A stretch of DNA of 64,000 nucleotides, taken from contig CAWHDR010000001.1 of the NCBI GenBank assembly GCA_963828165.1, forward strand, positions 2,368,001 through 2,432,000. Direction: 5' to 3'. This stretch comes from an uncultured Chloroflexia bacterium. Lineage in GTDB: Bacteria; Chloroflexota; Limnocylindria; Limnocylindrales; CSP1-4. The translations under genes and the position numbers were made by a program. The notes under the pieces are model-generated. The model did no database searches and was not told the DNA's origin. It saw only the letters and a program-made list of their open reading frames with translations. Position 1 is the stretch's first letter. Every line of letters begins with the position of its first letter. Positions 14,899 through 24,979 of this stretch are shown piece after piece.

Positions 14899-15438
14899 AT
14901 GGCACGCATCGACCCGAACAAGCTCGCGCTCGAGGAGCGCGTCGTCCAGATCAACCGAGTGGCCAAGGTCGTCAAGGGTGGCCGCCGCTTCAGCTTCAGC
15001 GCGGTCGTCGTCGTCGGTGACGGCGCCGGGCACGTCGGTGTGGGCCTGGGCAAGGCCGGCGAAGTGCCGGAGTCCATCCGCAAGGGCGTCGAGGACGCAA
15101 AGAAGAACGTCATCAAGATCCCGATGGTCGGGACGACGATCCCGCACGAGGTGCAGGTCGTGTTCCGCGCCAGCAGCGTCCTGCTGAAGCCAGCCTCGCA
15201 GGGCACGGGCGTCATCGCCGGTGGCTCGGTCCGGGCCGTCCTCGAGTCGGCCGGCGTCCGCGACATCCTGTCCAAGGTCCACGGGTCGACCAACCCGGTC
15301 AACGTGACCCGCGCGACCATCGAGGCGCTGCGCAGCCTGCATTCGGCCGAGGAGCTGGGTGCACGACGCGGGGTGAAGCTGGTCAGCCGGATCTCCGGTC
15401 AGCCGGCGGCGACCGCGGAGGTGGCCGATGGCCGGTAA
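14899..15438 (+). CDS. rpsE: 30S ribosomal protein S5
   Basis: [24 protein letters not shown]. Confidence 0.99.
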   Translation: MARIDPNKLALEERVVQINRVAKVVKGGRRFSFSAVVVVGDGAGHVGVGLGKAGEVPESIRKGVEDAKKNVIKIPMVGTTIPHEVQVVFRASSVLLKPASQGTGVIAGGSVRAVLESAGVRDILSKVHGSTNPVNVTRATIEALRSLHSAEELGARRGVKLVSRISGQPAATAEVADGR

Positions 15439-15724
15439 GCTGAAGGTCACCCAGACCAAGAGCACGATCAGTCACATCGCCCGTAACCGGGCGACCGTCA
15501 AGGCCCTTGGCCTGCACGGCATCGGAAGCACCAGCGTCGTCGCGGACAACCCGGCGACCCGGGGCATGGTCCGTCAGGTCCGCTTCCTCGTGACCGTCGA
15601 GGAGATCGCCGAGTCGACCGAAGGGCGCGCACGGAAGGCAGACAAGGGCGGATCCAGGGACCAAGGTGCGGACACGGGCCGCTCCGAGGACTCCGAGGAT
15701 TCGAAGGAGAAGGCAACGGCATGA
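15428..15724 (+). CDS. rpmD: 50S ribosomal protein L30 with charged C-terminal extension
   Basis: [20 protein letters not shown]; synteny. Confidence 0.95.
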   Translation: MAGKLKVTQTKSTISHIARNRATVKALGLHGIGSTSVVADNPATRGMVRQVRFLVTVEEIAESTEGRARKADKGGSRDQGADTGRSEDSEDSKEKATA

Positions 15725-16704
15725 GACTCCACGACCTGCGCCCGCCAGAAGGTTCGCGCAAGGAGCGGACACGCGTCGGCCGCGGCATCGCCGCCGGCAA
15801 GGGCAAGACCGCGGGCCGCGGCACGAAGGGCCAGAAGGCGCGGGCCGGCGGCTCCATCCCGCCGTGGTTCGAGGGTGGCCAGACGCCGCTCCATCAGCGC
15901 ATCCCCAAGCTCCGCGGCTTCAAGAACCGCTTCAGGATCGAATACGAGATCGTGAACGTTGGCGATATCGGGGCGGCCGCCGAGCGCGGCGCGTTCGAGG
16001 CCGAGGCGGCCGATGCGAAGCCCACGGGCAAGACCAAGGCACCGACGCAGATCACGGTCAATCAGGACATCCTGCGGGCCGTGGGTCTGGTTCGGAGCCT
16101 GGACAAGCCACTCAAGATCCTCGGGAACGGCGAGCTGTCGGCACCGCTCTTCGTCGTGGCCGATGGGTTCACCGCATCCGCGCGAGCGAAGATCGAGGCC
16201 GCCGGCGGCACGGTCAACGTGCTCGAGGTCCCGACCGCACCGCTGCAGGCGATCGGCGTGGAGTCCGGCGACGAGCGCACCCCGGCGAAGCTGTCCCGTG
16301 GCGGTCAGGCCGCGGCGGACAAGGCCGATCGCGCCCGGGCCGCACGCGCCGAGGATGCCGAGGCTGCCGAAGCGGCGCCCGTGACCGCAGCCAAGGCGCC
16401 GTCCGCGCCCGAGGCCGACGAAGCCGACGAGGCCGAAGCGCCGACTGCGCCCGCCGCGGAGGCCGCAGATGCCGACGCGTCCGCCACGACCGAGGTGGAG
16501 GCCTCCTCCCCTGAGGCCGCGACCGCCGCACCGACCGAGGACGCCGCCGAGTCGGCCACGCCGGCGAAGCCGCGCCGCGCCTCGAAGACCAAGGCCGCCG
16601 CGACCGACGCCAAGCCGTCGGCCGAGGCCGAATCGACACCCGAACCCGAGACCGCGAGTGCGGCAACCGACGAGGCCGAGACCGCGTCCGGCGACGACGC
16701 CTAG
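15721..16704 (+). CDS. rplO: 50S ribosomal protein L15 with long low-complexity tail
   Basis: RVGRG, GRGTKGQKAR, FEGGQTPL, KILGNG. Confidence 0.98.
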   Translation: MRLHDLRPPEGSRKERTRVGRGIAAGKGKTAGRGTKGQKARAGGSIPPWFEGGQTPLHQRIPKLRGFKNRFRIEYEIVNVGDIGAAAERGAFEAEAADAKPTGKTKAPTQITVNQDILRAVGLVRSLDKPLKILGNGELSAPLFVVADGFTASARAKIEAAGGTVNVLEVPTAPLQAIGVESGDERTPAKLSRGGQAAADKADRARAARAEDAEAAEAAPVTAAKAPSAPEADEADEAEAPTAPAAEAADADASATTEVEASSPEAATAAPTEDAAESATPAKPRRASKTKAAATDAKPSAEAESTPEPETASAATDEAETASGDDA

Positions 16705-16709
16705 ATCCC

Positions 16710-17990
16710 GTGTTCGAATCCCTCCTGAACGCCTTCCGGGCGCCGGACATCCGGCGCCGGATCCTGGTCGTCCTGGGCCTGCTCATCGCCTTCCGGTTCC
16801 TGGCCGCCGTGCCGGTCCCGGGGATCGATCGCGCCCAGCTCGCCACCTTCCTGGAGGGCAACCCGCTGTTCGGGTTGCTGAACCTGTTCTCCGGCGGCGG
16901 TCTGTCCAACTTCTCGGTCGTGGCACTGGGCCTGAATCCCTACATCAACGCGTCGATCATCATGCAGTTGATGCAGGGCGTCGTGCCCTCCCTCCAGGCG
17001 CTCAGCCGGGAAGGGGAGTTCGGGCGCAACAAGATCACCCAGTACACGCGCTACCTGTCGGTGCCGATGGCGTTGCTGCAGTCGTACGGGTTCCTCGCAC
17101 TCCTCAATAACAGCAACGTCCTGACCGGCAGCTTCGACCTGGGCAGCTACGACACGCTGACCCAGATCGCGACGCTCACGGCCGGGTCGATCGCGCTGAT
17201 GTGGATCGGCGAGCTCATCACCGAACGGGGCATCGGCAACGGCATCAGCTTCGTGATCTTCGCGGGCATCGTCAGCCAGGCGCCTAGCGCCATCGGGGCG
17301 TTCCTGGCGAGCCCGAACATCGCGATGTTCATCGCCTTCGGCCTCGTCGCCATCGCAGCCGTGGCCGTGATCATCTACATCCAGGAGGGCCAGCGCCGGA
17401 TCCCGGTCCAGTACGCCAGCCGCGTGCGCGGCCGGCGGATGTACCAGGGCGGCCAGACGTTCCTGCCGCTGCGCGTCAACCAGGCGGGCGTCATCCCGAT
17501 CATCTTCGCGGTCAGCATCCTGCTGTTCCCGGTCCAGCTCGCGTCGTACTTCACGGCGTCGGACATCCAGATCGTGCGCGACATCGCGAGCGGGATCGTC
17601 TTCCTGTTCAATCCGAACTCGATCTTCTACATCGTCGCCTACTTCCTGCTCACGGTCGGCTTCACGTACTTCTATACGGCCTTCACCTTCAAACCGGACG
17701 AGACCGCCGAACAGTTGCGCAAGAACGGCGGCTTCATCCCGGGCATCCGCCCGGGCCGTCCGACACAGGATTACCTTGCCCGCGTCGTGAGCAGGATCAC
17801 GTTCGCAGGCGCCATGTTCCTGGCGATCGTCGCGGTGTCGCCGTCGTTGCTCGGTCTCGCCTTTCCGGAGCTCGGGGCGATCGGTCTCGGTGGCACGAGC
17901 CTGCTGATCGTCGTGTCCGTCGTGGTCGAGACGATGAAGCAGATCGAAGCGCAGCTCATGATGCGCAACTACGAAGGCTTCATCAGATGA
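16710..17990 (+). CDS. secY: Preprotein translocase SecY
   Basis: LGLNPYINASII, GIGNGIS, GVIPIIFA, GGFIPGIRPG, GGTSLLI. Confidence 0.99.
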   Translation: MFESLLNAFRAPDIRRRILVVLGLLIAFRFLAAVPVPGIDRAQLATFLEGNPLFGLLNLFSGGGLSNFSVVALGLNPYINASIIMQLMQGVVPSLQALSREGEFGRNKITQYTRYLSVPMALLQSYGFLALLNNSNVLTGSFDLGSYDTLTQIATLTAGSIALMWIGELITERGIGNGISFVIFAGIVSQAPSAIGAFLASPNIAMFIAFGLVAIAAVAVIIYIQEGQRRIPVQYASRVRGRRMYQGGQTFLPLRVNQAGVIPIIFAVSILLFPVQLASYFTASDIQIVRDIASGIVFLFNPNSIFYIVAYFLLTVGFTYFYTAFTFKPDETAEQLRKNGGFIPGIRPGRPTQDYLARVVSRITFAGAMFLAIVAVSPSLLGLAFPELGAIGLGGTSLLIVVSVVVETMKQIEAQLMMRNYEGFIR

Positions 17991-18181
17991 TGTCGACAAG
18001 CCTGACGGCCCATCCGAGCGTTGCCGGCTCCGCGCCCTCCCTCACGCAGGAACCCTCGGGCCGATGGCTCGCGGGGCGTCGCCTCGGACCTCGGGGGGTA
18101 GTGCGCTCGCTCGGGTGCTCGCCGGCGCCTTCGGCTGGACTCGCCATGCTTGCCGACAGGTATCGCGCGCGTTCGTCATGA
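17987..18181 (+). CDS. Putative 64-aa small protein of unknown function
   Basis: ATGA overlap with the secY stop and ATGA overlap with the adk start; fills the whole gap. Confidence 0.5.
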   Translation: MMSTSLTAHPSVAGSAPSLTQEPSGRWLAGRRLGPRGVVRSLGCSPAPSAGLAMLADRYRARSS

Positions 18182-18855
18182 CGGTCGTCGTGCTTCTTGG
18201 CGGCCCTGGGTCGGGGAAGGGCACGCAGGCGGAGATCCTCGCCGAGCGTTTGGGGATCCCGCATGTCGCCACGGGCGACCTGTTCCGGGCCGCCGTACGC
18301 GATGCCTCACCGATCGGTCTTGAGGCACGGCGCTACATGGAGCGTGGCCAGCTCGTCCCCGACGACATCACCATCCAGATGCTCCTGGACCGCCTGGAGG
18401 CGTCCGACGCCGCCGACGGCGTCCTGCTGGACGGGTTTCCACGCAACCGCGCCCAGGCGGGGGCGCTCGCGACCGCGCTCGGGGAGCGGGGTTCGCAGGT
18501 CGACCGAGCCATCAACATCGAGGTACCCACCGACGAGCTCGTACGGCGGCTGTCGGGGCGCTGGGTCTGTCGCGACGCTGGGCACGTGTACAACGAGTCC
18601 ACCAACCCGCCACAGGCCGAGGGTCGGTGCGACATCGACGGATCACCGCTCGTCCAGCGCGCGGACGACAAGCCCGAGACCATCCGGGCGCGACTGACCC
18701 AGCAGCTGGCCAGCCTCAACGATGTCGTCGACTACTACGACGTGGCCGGGCTCCTGCGCGTCGTCGACGGCGTCCAGGAGATCGATCGCGTGGCCGATGA
18801 CGTGCTCGCCGCCGTCACGAGCGACGCGCCCAGCGGCGCCACGGGCGCGGGCTGA
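18178..18855 (+). CDS. adk: Adenylate kinase
   Basis: GGPGSGKGTQA, TGDLFR, LDGFPR, QRADD. Confidence 0.98.
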   Translation: MTVVVLLGGPGSGKGTQAEILAERLGIPHVATGDLFRAAVRDASPIGLEARRYMERGQLVPDDITIQMLLDRLEASDAADGVLLDGFPRNRAQAGALATALGERGSQVDRAINIEVPTDELVRRLSGRWVCRDAGHVYNESTNPPQAEGRCDIDGSPLVQRADDKPETIRARLTQQLASLNDVVDYYDVAGLLRVVDGVQEIDRVADDVLAAVTSDAPSGATGAG

Positions 18856-18856
18856 G

Positions 18857-19621
18857 GTGGTCACTCGCAAGTCGCGCGCGGAGATCGAGCGCATGCGCCG
18901 AGCCGGCCGCATCGTCGCCGAGGTTCTCGCCCTCGTGGAGGGCGAGCTCAAGCCAGGCGTCACCACCGGCCACCTCGACCGCCTCGCGGAGGCTCACATC
19001 CGCAAGGCCGGCGCGGTCCCATCCTTCAAGGGGTATCCCGGCATCAACCCGCGCCGCCCGTTTCCCGGCAGCCTGTGCATCTCCATCGACGACGAGATCG
19101 TGCACGGCATCCCGGGCGAGCGAGCCATCCGGGCGGGCCAGGTCGTATCGATCGATGCCGGCGCCATCGTCGAGGGGTGGCATGGCGACGCCGCGCGGAC
19201 CTTCTACGTCGGCGAGCCGCCGGCCGAGGTCCGTCAGCTGATCGACACGACCCGGAAAGCGATGATGGCCGGCATCGCCGCCGCCGTTCCGGGCAATCAC
19301 ATCGAGGACATCTCGGCCGCCGTCGAGGACGCGGCCAAGCCGCACGGGTTCGGCGTCATCCGCCAGTTCGTCGGGCACGGGATCGGTACGTCGATGCACG
19401 AGGACCCGCAGGTCCCGAACTACCGCACCGGTCGCCGCGGCCGCAAGCTGGAGCCCGGGCTGTGCCTCGCCATCGAGCCGATGTTCACGCTCGGTGACTA
19501 CCGAGCCCACGTCCTCGCCGACGACTGGACCGTCTCGACGGTCGACGGCTCGCTCGCCGCCCACTTCGAGGACTCGATCGCCGTAACGGAGGGAGGACCC
19601 GAGATCCTCACTGCCATCTGA
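18857..19621 (+). CDS. map: Type I methionine aminopeptidase
   Basis: IVHGIP, GHGIG, HEDPQVPNY, AIEPM, AHFE. Confidence 0.98.
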   Translation: MVTRKSRAEIERMRRAGRIVAEVLALVEGELKPGVTTGHLDRLAEAHIRKAGAVPSFKGYPGINPRRPFPGSLCISIDDEIVHGIPGERAIRAGQVVSIDAGAIVEGWHGDAARTFYVGEPPAEVRQLIDTTRKAMMAGIAAAVPGNHIEDISAAVEDAAKPHGFGVIRQFVGHGIGTSMHEDPQVPNYRTGRRGRKLEPGLCLAIEPMFTLGDYRAHVLADDWTVSTVDGSLAAHFEDSIAVTEGGPEILTAI

Positions 19622-19699
19622 TGGAGCGGATACGGGAGACACGGGCCTGCGGCATCCGCACCGAGGACACTCGTCCGAGGTCCCGAGATCCTCACTGCC
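19598..19699 (+). repeat. 18-bp exact direct repeat duplicating the 3' end of map
   Basis: CCCGAGATCCTCACTGCC at 19598-19615 and 19682-19699. Confidence 0.85.
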
Positions 19700-19806
19700 G
19701 TTTGGACGGCAGTTGCTCGGAACGGCGACTTTTGATACGCTACGCGTTCGTGTGTCGGCCCGCCTTGGGCCGACACTGCGCGTGAGAAAGGGAAGCACGT
19801 AAGCCT

Positions 19807-20025
19807 GTGGCCAAGAAGGACGCGATCGAAGTCGAAGGGACGGTGATCGAACCGCTCCCCAACACGATGTTCGCAGTCGAGCTGGAGAACGGCCACCGTG
19901 TGCTCGCCCATATCAGCGGCAAACTTCGGATGAATTTCATCCGGATCCTGCCCGGTGACCGCGTCCGCGTCGAGTTGTCGCCATACGACCTGACTCGCGG
20001 TCGGATCACGTACCGACTCAAGTGA
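19807..20025 (+). CDS. infA: Translation initiation factor IF-1
   Basis: [22 protein letters not shown]. Confidence 0.99.
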   Translation: MAKKDAIEVEGTVIEPLPNTMFAVELENGHRVLAHISGKLRMNFIRILPGDRVRVELSPYDLTRGRITYRLK

Positions 20026-20059
20026 ACAGCACCACCACACGAACACGATCGAGGATCCG

Positions 20060-20173
20060 TTGAAAGTCAGAGCTTCCGTCAAGGCGCGCTGCGACAACTG
20101 CAAGGTCATCCGACGCCACGGCACCGTGATGGTCATCTGCACCAATCCCAAGCACAAGCAACGGCAGGGGTAA
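20060..20173 (+). CDS. rpmJ: 50S ribosomal protein L36 (not in ORF track)
   Basis: TTG start; [37 protein letters not shown] translated by hand. Confidence 0.98.
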   Translation: MKVRASVKARCDNCKVIRRHGTVMVICTNPKHKQRQG

Positions 20174-20176
20174 CAG

Positions 20177-20548
20177 ATGGCACGCATCGCCGGCGTCGAT
20201 ATCCCGCGTGAGAAGCGCGTCGAGATCGCCCTCACGTATGTCTTCGGGATCGGTCTGCCCACCAGCCAGAAGATCCTCGCCCAGACCAACATCAATCCGG
20301 ACACCCGCGTCCGCGACCTCACCGAGGAGCAGGTCAACCGCCTGCGCGAGCTGATCGACCGGCGCTACAAGGTGGAGGGCGACCTCCGCCGCGAGACCGC
20401 GCTCAACATCAAGCGCCTCATCGAGATCGGCTCGTACCGCGGCCTCCGCCACCGGCGCAACCTGCCGGTCCGCGGCCAACGCACCAAGACCAACGCTCGC
20501 CAGCGGCGCGGACCGAAGAAGACGGTCGGCGTGCGGCGCAAGAAGTGA
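20177..20548 (+). CDS. rpsM: 30S ribosomal protein S13
   Basis: [23 protein letters not shown]. Confidence 0.99.
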   Translation: MARIAGVDIPREKRVEIALTYVFGIGLPTSQKILAQTNINPDTRVRDLTEEQVNRLRELIDRRYKVEGDLRRETALNIKRLIEIGSYRGLRHRRNLPVRGQRTKTNARQRRGPKKTVGVRRKK

Positions 20549-20565
20549 CGAGGGACTGACCAGGC

Positions 20566-20961
20566 ATGGCGGAACGCAAGCGAGCGGTCAAGACGCGTCG
20601 GCGGGAGAAGAAGAACGTGCCCCAGGGCCACGTTCACATCCAGGCCACGTTCAACAACACGATCATCACGATCACCGACCTCAACGGCGCGGTCATCAGC
20701 TGGGGCTCGGCCGGGGTGGCCGGGTTCAAGGGATCGCGCAAGAGCACGCCCTATGCGGCAGCGCTCTCGGCCGACGGCGCCGCCAAGCGTGCGATGGAGC
20801 ACGGCATGCGCCAGGTCGAGGTCTACGTGAAGGGCCCGGGTGCCGGTCGCGAGCAAGCCATCCGCTCGCTCCAGGCCGCCGGTCTCGAGGTCAGCGCGAT
20901 CACCGACGTCACGCCCATCCCGCACAACGGTTGTCGCCCGCCCAAGCGACGCCGCGTCTAG
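20566..20961 (+). CDS. rpsK: 30S ribosomal protein S11
   Basis: [27 protein letters not shown]. Confidence 0.99.
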   Translation: MAERKRAVKTRRREKKNVPQGHVHIQATFNNTIITITDLNGAVISWGSAGVAGFKGSRKSTPYAAALSADGAAKRAMEHGMRQVEVYVKGPGAGREQAIRSLQAAGLEVSAITDVTPIPHNGCRPPKRRRV

Positions 20962-20973
20962 GCTCGAGGACCA

Positions 20974-21600
20974 ATGGCCCGCTACACCGAATCCGTCTGC
21001 CGCATCTGTCGCCGTGAGGGTGCCAAGCTCTTCCTGAAGGGCTCGCGCTGCTACACGAAGAAGTGCGCCTTCGAGCGCCGTCCCACCCCGCCCGGCCAGC
21101 ACGGCGTCCGCCGCCGCAAGGTCGGCGAGTACGGCCTCCAGCTGCGCGAGAAGCAGAAGGTCCGCAAGACCTACGGCGTGCTGGAACGACAGTTCCGCAA
21201 CTACTTCATCGCGGCGGAGAACCGCCCCGGTGTGACCGGCGAGAACCTGCTTCGTTCGCTCGAGCTGCGCTTCGACAACGTCGTCTACCGGGCGGGCTTC
21301 GCGCCCTCCCGAGCGGCCGCCCGCCAGCTCGTGAACCACGGCCACTTCGCCGTGAACGGCGTGCCCACCAACATCTCGTCCTACCAGCTCAAGCCAGGCG
21401 ACAAGATCGAGGTCCGGGAGATCCGCCGCGACCGGGAGCCGTTCAAGGTCGCCAAGGAGACCCTCAAGAATCACCAGGCGCCGGAATGGCTGACCATCGA
21501 CCCGGTCAACCTGTCCGGCTCCATCGCCACTCCGCCAAGCCGCGACCAGATGCCGCTCGATCTCAACGAGCAGCTCGTGGTCGAGTACTACTCGAGGTAA
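20974..21600 (+). CDS. rpsD: 30S ribosomal protein S4
   Basis: [28 protein letters not shown]. Confidence 0.99.
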   Translation: MARYTESVCRICRREGAKLFLKGSRCYTKKCAFERRPTPPGQHGVRRRKVGEYGLQLREKQKVRKTYGVLERQFRNYFIAAENRPGVTGENLLRSLELRFDNVVYRAGFAPSRAAARQLVNHGHFAVNGVPTNISSYQLKPGDKIEVREIRRDREPFKVAKETLKNHQAPEWLTIDPVNLSGSIATPPSRDQMPLDLNEQLVVEYYSR

Positions 21601-21610
21601 CTGACTACTC

Positions 21611-22600
21611 ATGATCGAACTCGAGAACCCGCAGATCGAGCCTGTCGAGGAAGCCGGCACGTACGCCAAGTACGAGGCCGGACCGCTCCAGGCCGGCTAC
21701 GGCGTGACCCTCGGAAACGCGCTCCGGCGCGTCCTCCTGTCCTCGCTCGAGGGCGCCGCGGTCACGAGCATCCAGATCCGCGACGTGTACCAGGAGTTCT
21801 CGACGATCCCCGGCGTCAAGGAAGACGTCACCCAGATCGTCCTGAACGTCAAGAAGCTGCGACTGAAGAGCTTCGCCGCTCATCCAGTCCAGCTCCGCCT
21901 CATCAAGAGCGGCGCGGGCGCCGTGACGGCCGCCGACGTGGCCGAGTCGGCCGACGTCGAGATCATCAATCCCGAGCTCGTCCTCATGACGCTCGACACG
22001 GACGACGTCACGATCGAGATGGACCTGACCGTCGAGCGCGGCGTCGGCTACCTCGGCGCGGAGCGCGCGGAGGCCCTGCCGATCGGGGTCATCGCCGTGG
22101 ACGCGATCTTCACGCCGGTCCGCAAGGTCAACTACTGGATCGAGAGCATGCGCGTCGGTCAGGTGACCAACTTCGACAAGCTCACGATCGAGATCGAGAC
22201 CGACGGGACGATCACCCCGGAGGAGGCGCTCAGCCGCTCCGCCGAGATCCTCGTCAACCAGTTCCGTCCGTTCGTGACGATCGGCATGGCCGCCGTCCCG
22301 CAGGCGGTCGCCACCGGCATCGCGGCGCTGCCGCCGAACATGCTCGACATGCCCATCGAGGAGCTCGATCTCCCGATGCGCGCCTACAACTCGCTCAAGC
22401 GCAACAACATCGTCAAGGTGGGGCAGCTGCTCCAGCTCAAGGACGACGAGCTGCTGCGGATGCGCAACTTCGGCAAGAAGTCGCTCGACGAGATGAAGGA
22501 GCGCCTCCGCATGCGCGGCTTCATCGTCCCCGAGACGGAGACGGACGGCCTCGATGACCTCGACGGCGACGAGCCGTTCGAAGACGAGACCGAGGACTGA
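21611..22600 (+). CDS. rpoA: RNA polymerase alpha subunit
   Basis: GYGVTLGNALRRVLLSS, GVKEDV, RNFGKKSL. Confidence 0.99.
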   Translation: MIELENPQIEPVEEAGTYAKYEAGPLQAGYGVTLGNALRRVLLSSLEGAAVTSIQIRDVYQEFSTIPGVKEDVTQIVLNVKKLRLKSFAAHPVQLRLIKSGAGAVTAADVAESADVEIINPELVLMTLDTDDVTIEMDLTVERGVGYLGAERAEALPIGVIAVDAIFTPVRKVNYWIESMRVGQVTNFDKLTIEIETDGTITPEEALSRSAEILVNQFRPFVTIGMAAVPQAVATGIAALPPNMLDMPIEELDLPMRAYNSLKRNNIVKVGQLLQLKDDELLRMRNFGKKSLDEMKERLRMRGFIVPETETDGLDDLDGDEPFEDETED

Positions 22601-22603
22601 CCC

Positions 22604-22957
22604 GTGGCGCATCGGATCGGAGGGCGCAAGCTCAGCCGCAAGCAGGGCCCGCGCCTGAGCCTGTACAAGAATCTGGCCGTGTCGGTCATCCGGTACGAGC
22701 GCGTCAAGACCACCGAGGCCAAGGCCAAGGAGATCTCGGGCCGCGTCGAGAAGATCATCACGCTGGCCAAGAAGGGTGACCTCGCGGCCCGCCGCGCGGT
22801 CGTCGCCCAATTCCCCAATGAGCCGCTCGTCGTGAACAAGCTGTTCGACGAGATCGCGCCCAAGTACGCCGACCGAACGTCCGGGTTCACCCGGATCGTG
22901 AAGATCGGTCAGCGCCGCGGTGACGCGGCGGAAATCGTCCAGATCGAACTGGTCTAG
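22604..22957 (+). CDS. rplQ: 50S ribosomal protein L17
   Basis: KTTEAKAKE, GFTRIVK, RRGDAA. Confidence 0.98.
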   Translation: MAHRIGGRKLSRKQGPRLSLYKNLAVSVIRYERVKTTEAKAKEISGRVEKIITLAKKGDLAARRAVVAQFPNEPLVVNKLFDEIAPKYADRTSGFTRIVKIGQRRGDAAEIVQIELV

Positions 22958-22963
22958 CAAACG

Positions 22964-23752
22964 ATGCCCGAGAGGGCGTCCCCGCGGCGCTTCCGCGCCA
23001 GGGTCGAATACGACGGCACCGACTTCGCCGGGTTTCAGGTGAATCCCGGAAAGAGGACGGTGCAGGGGGTCCTCGAAGACGCCCTGGTGCGACTCGGCGA
23101 CGGGCGGCACCGGAGGGTCGACGGGGCCGGACGCACGGACGCGGGCGTGCATGCCACGGGACAGGTCATCGCCTTCTCCTGGGATGGACGCCACACGGCG
23201 ACGGAGTTGGGTACAGCGCTCGAACGGGTGCTCCCGGCCGATGTCGCGGTCCACGACCTGCGCGAGGCACCCGAGGGGTTCCACCCCCGCTTCGCGGCGC
23301 GGTACCGGGAATACCGCTACACCGTCTGGAACGGGCCGCCCAGTCCGCTTCGCGAGCGCACCGCGCTCGGGGTGCGGGTCCCACTCGACACCGCCGCGAT
23401 GGCGCGGGCCGGGTCGGTCTTCATCGGCCGGCACGACTTTCGAGCCTTCGGGGCGTCGGACCGCTCACCGGTCCGGACCGTCATGGCGGTCCGGGTCCGG
23501 CGGCAGGGCCGGCTCGTCACGATCGACGTGCGAGCCGACTCGTTCCTGCGGGGACAGGTCCGCCGCATGGTGGCCGTCCTCGTGGAGGTCGGTCTCGGAA
23601 AGATGGATGACACAGCGGTCCGATCGGCACTCGCCGGTGCGGAACCGGCCTTCAAGGGGACAGCGGTCCCGGCGAAGGGCCTGTGCCTCCGACGCGTCGC
23701 CTTCGGGCGGCCGGTCGGAAGCGACATGAACGGAGAACACGAGGAACGATGA
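22964..23752 (+). CDS. truA: tRNA pseudouridine(38-40) synthase
   Basis: EYDGTDFAGFQ, AGRTDAGVHATGQV, G.HDF, FLRGQVR. Confidence 0.97.
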   Translation: MPERASPRRFRARVEYDGTDFAGFQVNPGKRTVQGVLEDALVRLGDGRHRRVDGAGRTDAGVHATGQVIAFSWDGRHTATELGTALERVLPADVAVHDLREAPEGFHPRFAARYREYRYTVWNGPPSPLRERTALGVRVPLDTAAMARAGSVFIGRHDFRAFGASDRSPVRTVMAVRVRRQGRLVTIDVRADSFLRGQVRRMVAVLVEVGLGKMDDTAVRSALAGAEPAFKGTAVPAKGLCLRRVAFGRPVGSDMNGEHEER

Positions 23753-24180
23753 ACGCGAAGACCTATACGGTCCGGGAGAGCGAGATCGAGCGACGCTGGT
23801 ACGTCGTTGACGCGACGGACGAGACCCTCGGCCGCCTCGCCTCGCGCATCGCGCCGGTCCTCGAGGGCAAGCACAAGCCCACGTACGCGCCGAATCTCGA
23901 CTCGGGCGATCACGTGATCGTGCTCAACGCCGGCCGGATCGCCGTGACGAGCGACAAGCTGGAGAGCAAGGTCTACGCCCGCCACAGCGGCTACCCGCAG
24001 GGCTTCAAGGAGGAGACCCTGGGTCACCTCCTCGGCCGGCGGCCGGAGGAAGTCATCCGCCGAGCCGTCAAGGGCATGCTGCCGCACACCCGACTCGGTG
24101 CCCAGCAGCTGCGCAAGCTGAAGATCTACGCCGGATCGGATCATCCCCATCAGGCTCAGCAGCCTGAGCCGCTCGCCTGA
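23749..24180 (+). CDS. rplM: 50S ribosomal protein L13
   Basis: WYVVDA, LGRLAS, GKHKP, AVKGMLP. Confidence 0.98.
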   Translation: MNAKTYTVRESEIERRWYVVDATDETLGRLASRIAPVLEGKHKPTYAPNLDSGDHVIVLNAGRIAVTSDKLESKVYARHSGYPQGFKEETLGHLLGRRPEEVIRRAVKGMLPHTRLGAQQLRKLKIYAGSDHPHQAQQPEPLA

Positions 24181-24197
24181 CGAGGAGCATCAAAACC

Positions 24198-24596
24198 ATG
24201 TCCATCCCCGCCTTCTACTCCGGGACCGGCCGCCGCAAGACGGCGATCGCTCGCGTCCGACTGCTGCCGGGCGAGGGTGAGATCGTGATCAACGGCCGAT
24301 CGCTCGATGAGCATTTCGGCAACGCGGTCAACGAGGCCGAGGTCCGCATGCCGTTCCGTGTGACCGGGACCGAGGGCCGCTTCAACGTCATGGTCAAGGT
24401 CGAAGGCGGCGGCGTCACCGGGCAGGCCGGCGCGATCCGGCACGGCATCGCCCGAGCGCTGCTCGAGGTCGACGATGCGGCCAACCGTGTGCCGCTGCGC
24501 CAGGCGGGGCTCCTGACGCGCGACCCGCGCATGAAGGAACGCAAGAAGTACGGGCTCAAGCGGGCACGCAAGGCGCCGCAGTACACCAAGCGCTAG
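24198..24596 (+). CDS. rpsI: 30S ribosomal protein S9
   Basis: [28 protein letters not shown]. Confidence 0.99.
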   Translation: MSIPAFYSGTGRRKTAIARVRLLPGEGEIVINGRSLDEHFGNAVNEAEVRMPFRVTGTEGRFNVMVKVEGGGVTGQAGAIRHGIARALLEVDDAANRVPLRQAGLLTRDPRMKERKKYGLKRARKAPQYTKR

Positions 24597-24660
24597 ACGC
24601 GCCCCTGCCGACCAACAATCGGTCGACGAGACCAGTTGACGGCGGCATTCGAATGTTCTG

Positions 24661-24948
24661 ATGCGGCTGGAGTTTCACGGCGAGATCACGTATTGGCGTG
24701 GGCCGTCGCCGTTCCACTTCATCGCGGTGCCTGAGCCCGGCTGCCGCGAGATCCGTGCGATCTCGTCGCTCGTCACGTACGGCTGGGGCGTCATCCCGGT
24801 CACGGTCCGTATCGGGGAAAGCGTGTGGACGACGTCACTGTTTCCCAAGAACGGTGGCTATCTGGTGCCCATCAAGGACGTCGTCCGGCGCGCGGAGGGG
24901 CTGGCACTCGGCGATGAACCCACCGTCTCCCTGACCATCGAGGCCTGA
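24661..24948 (+). CDS. DUF1905-like small protein
   Basis: WRGPSPFHF, GWGVIPV..IG, TSLFPK.G.Y.VP.K resemble DUF1905 from memory. Confidence 0.7.
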   Translation: MRLEFHGEITYWRGPSPFHFIAVPEPGCREIRAISSLVTYGWGVIPVTVRIGESVWTTSLFPKNGGYLVPIKDVVRRAEGLALGDEPTVSLTIEA

Positions 24949-24979
24949 GCAGACCCGCTGGCGACGCTACAGTGAGGCG

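Noticed and set aside
18064-18177. N-terminal extension of adk in the ORF track
   Set aside because: Adenylate kinases begin just before the P-loop strand; ATG 18178 fits and overlaps the upstream small ORF stop.
24605-24660. Weak hairpin after rpsI and a CATTCGAATG palindrome before the DUF1905-like gene
   Set aside because: Short stems expected by chance; no U-tract and no match to a GAAC-n4-GTTC box.
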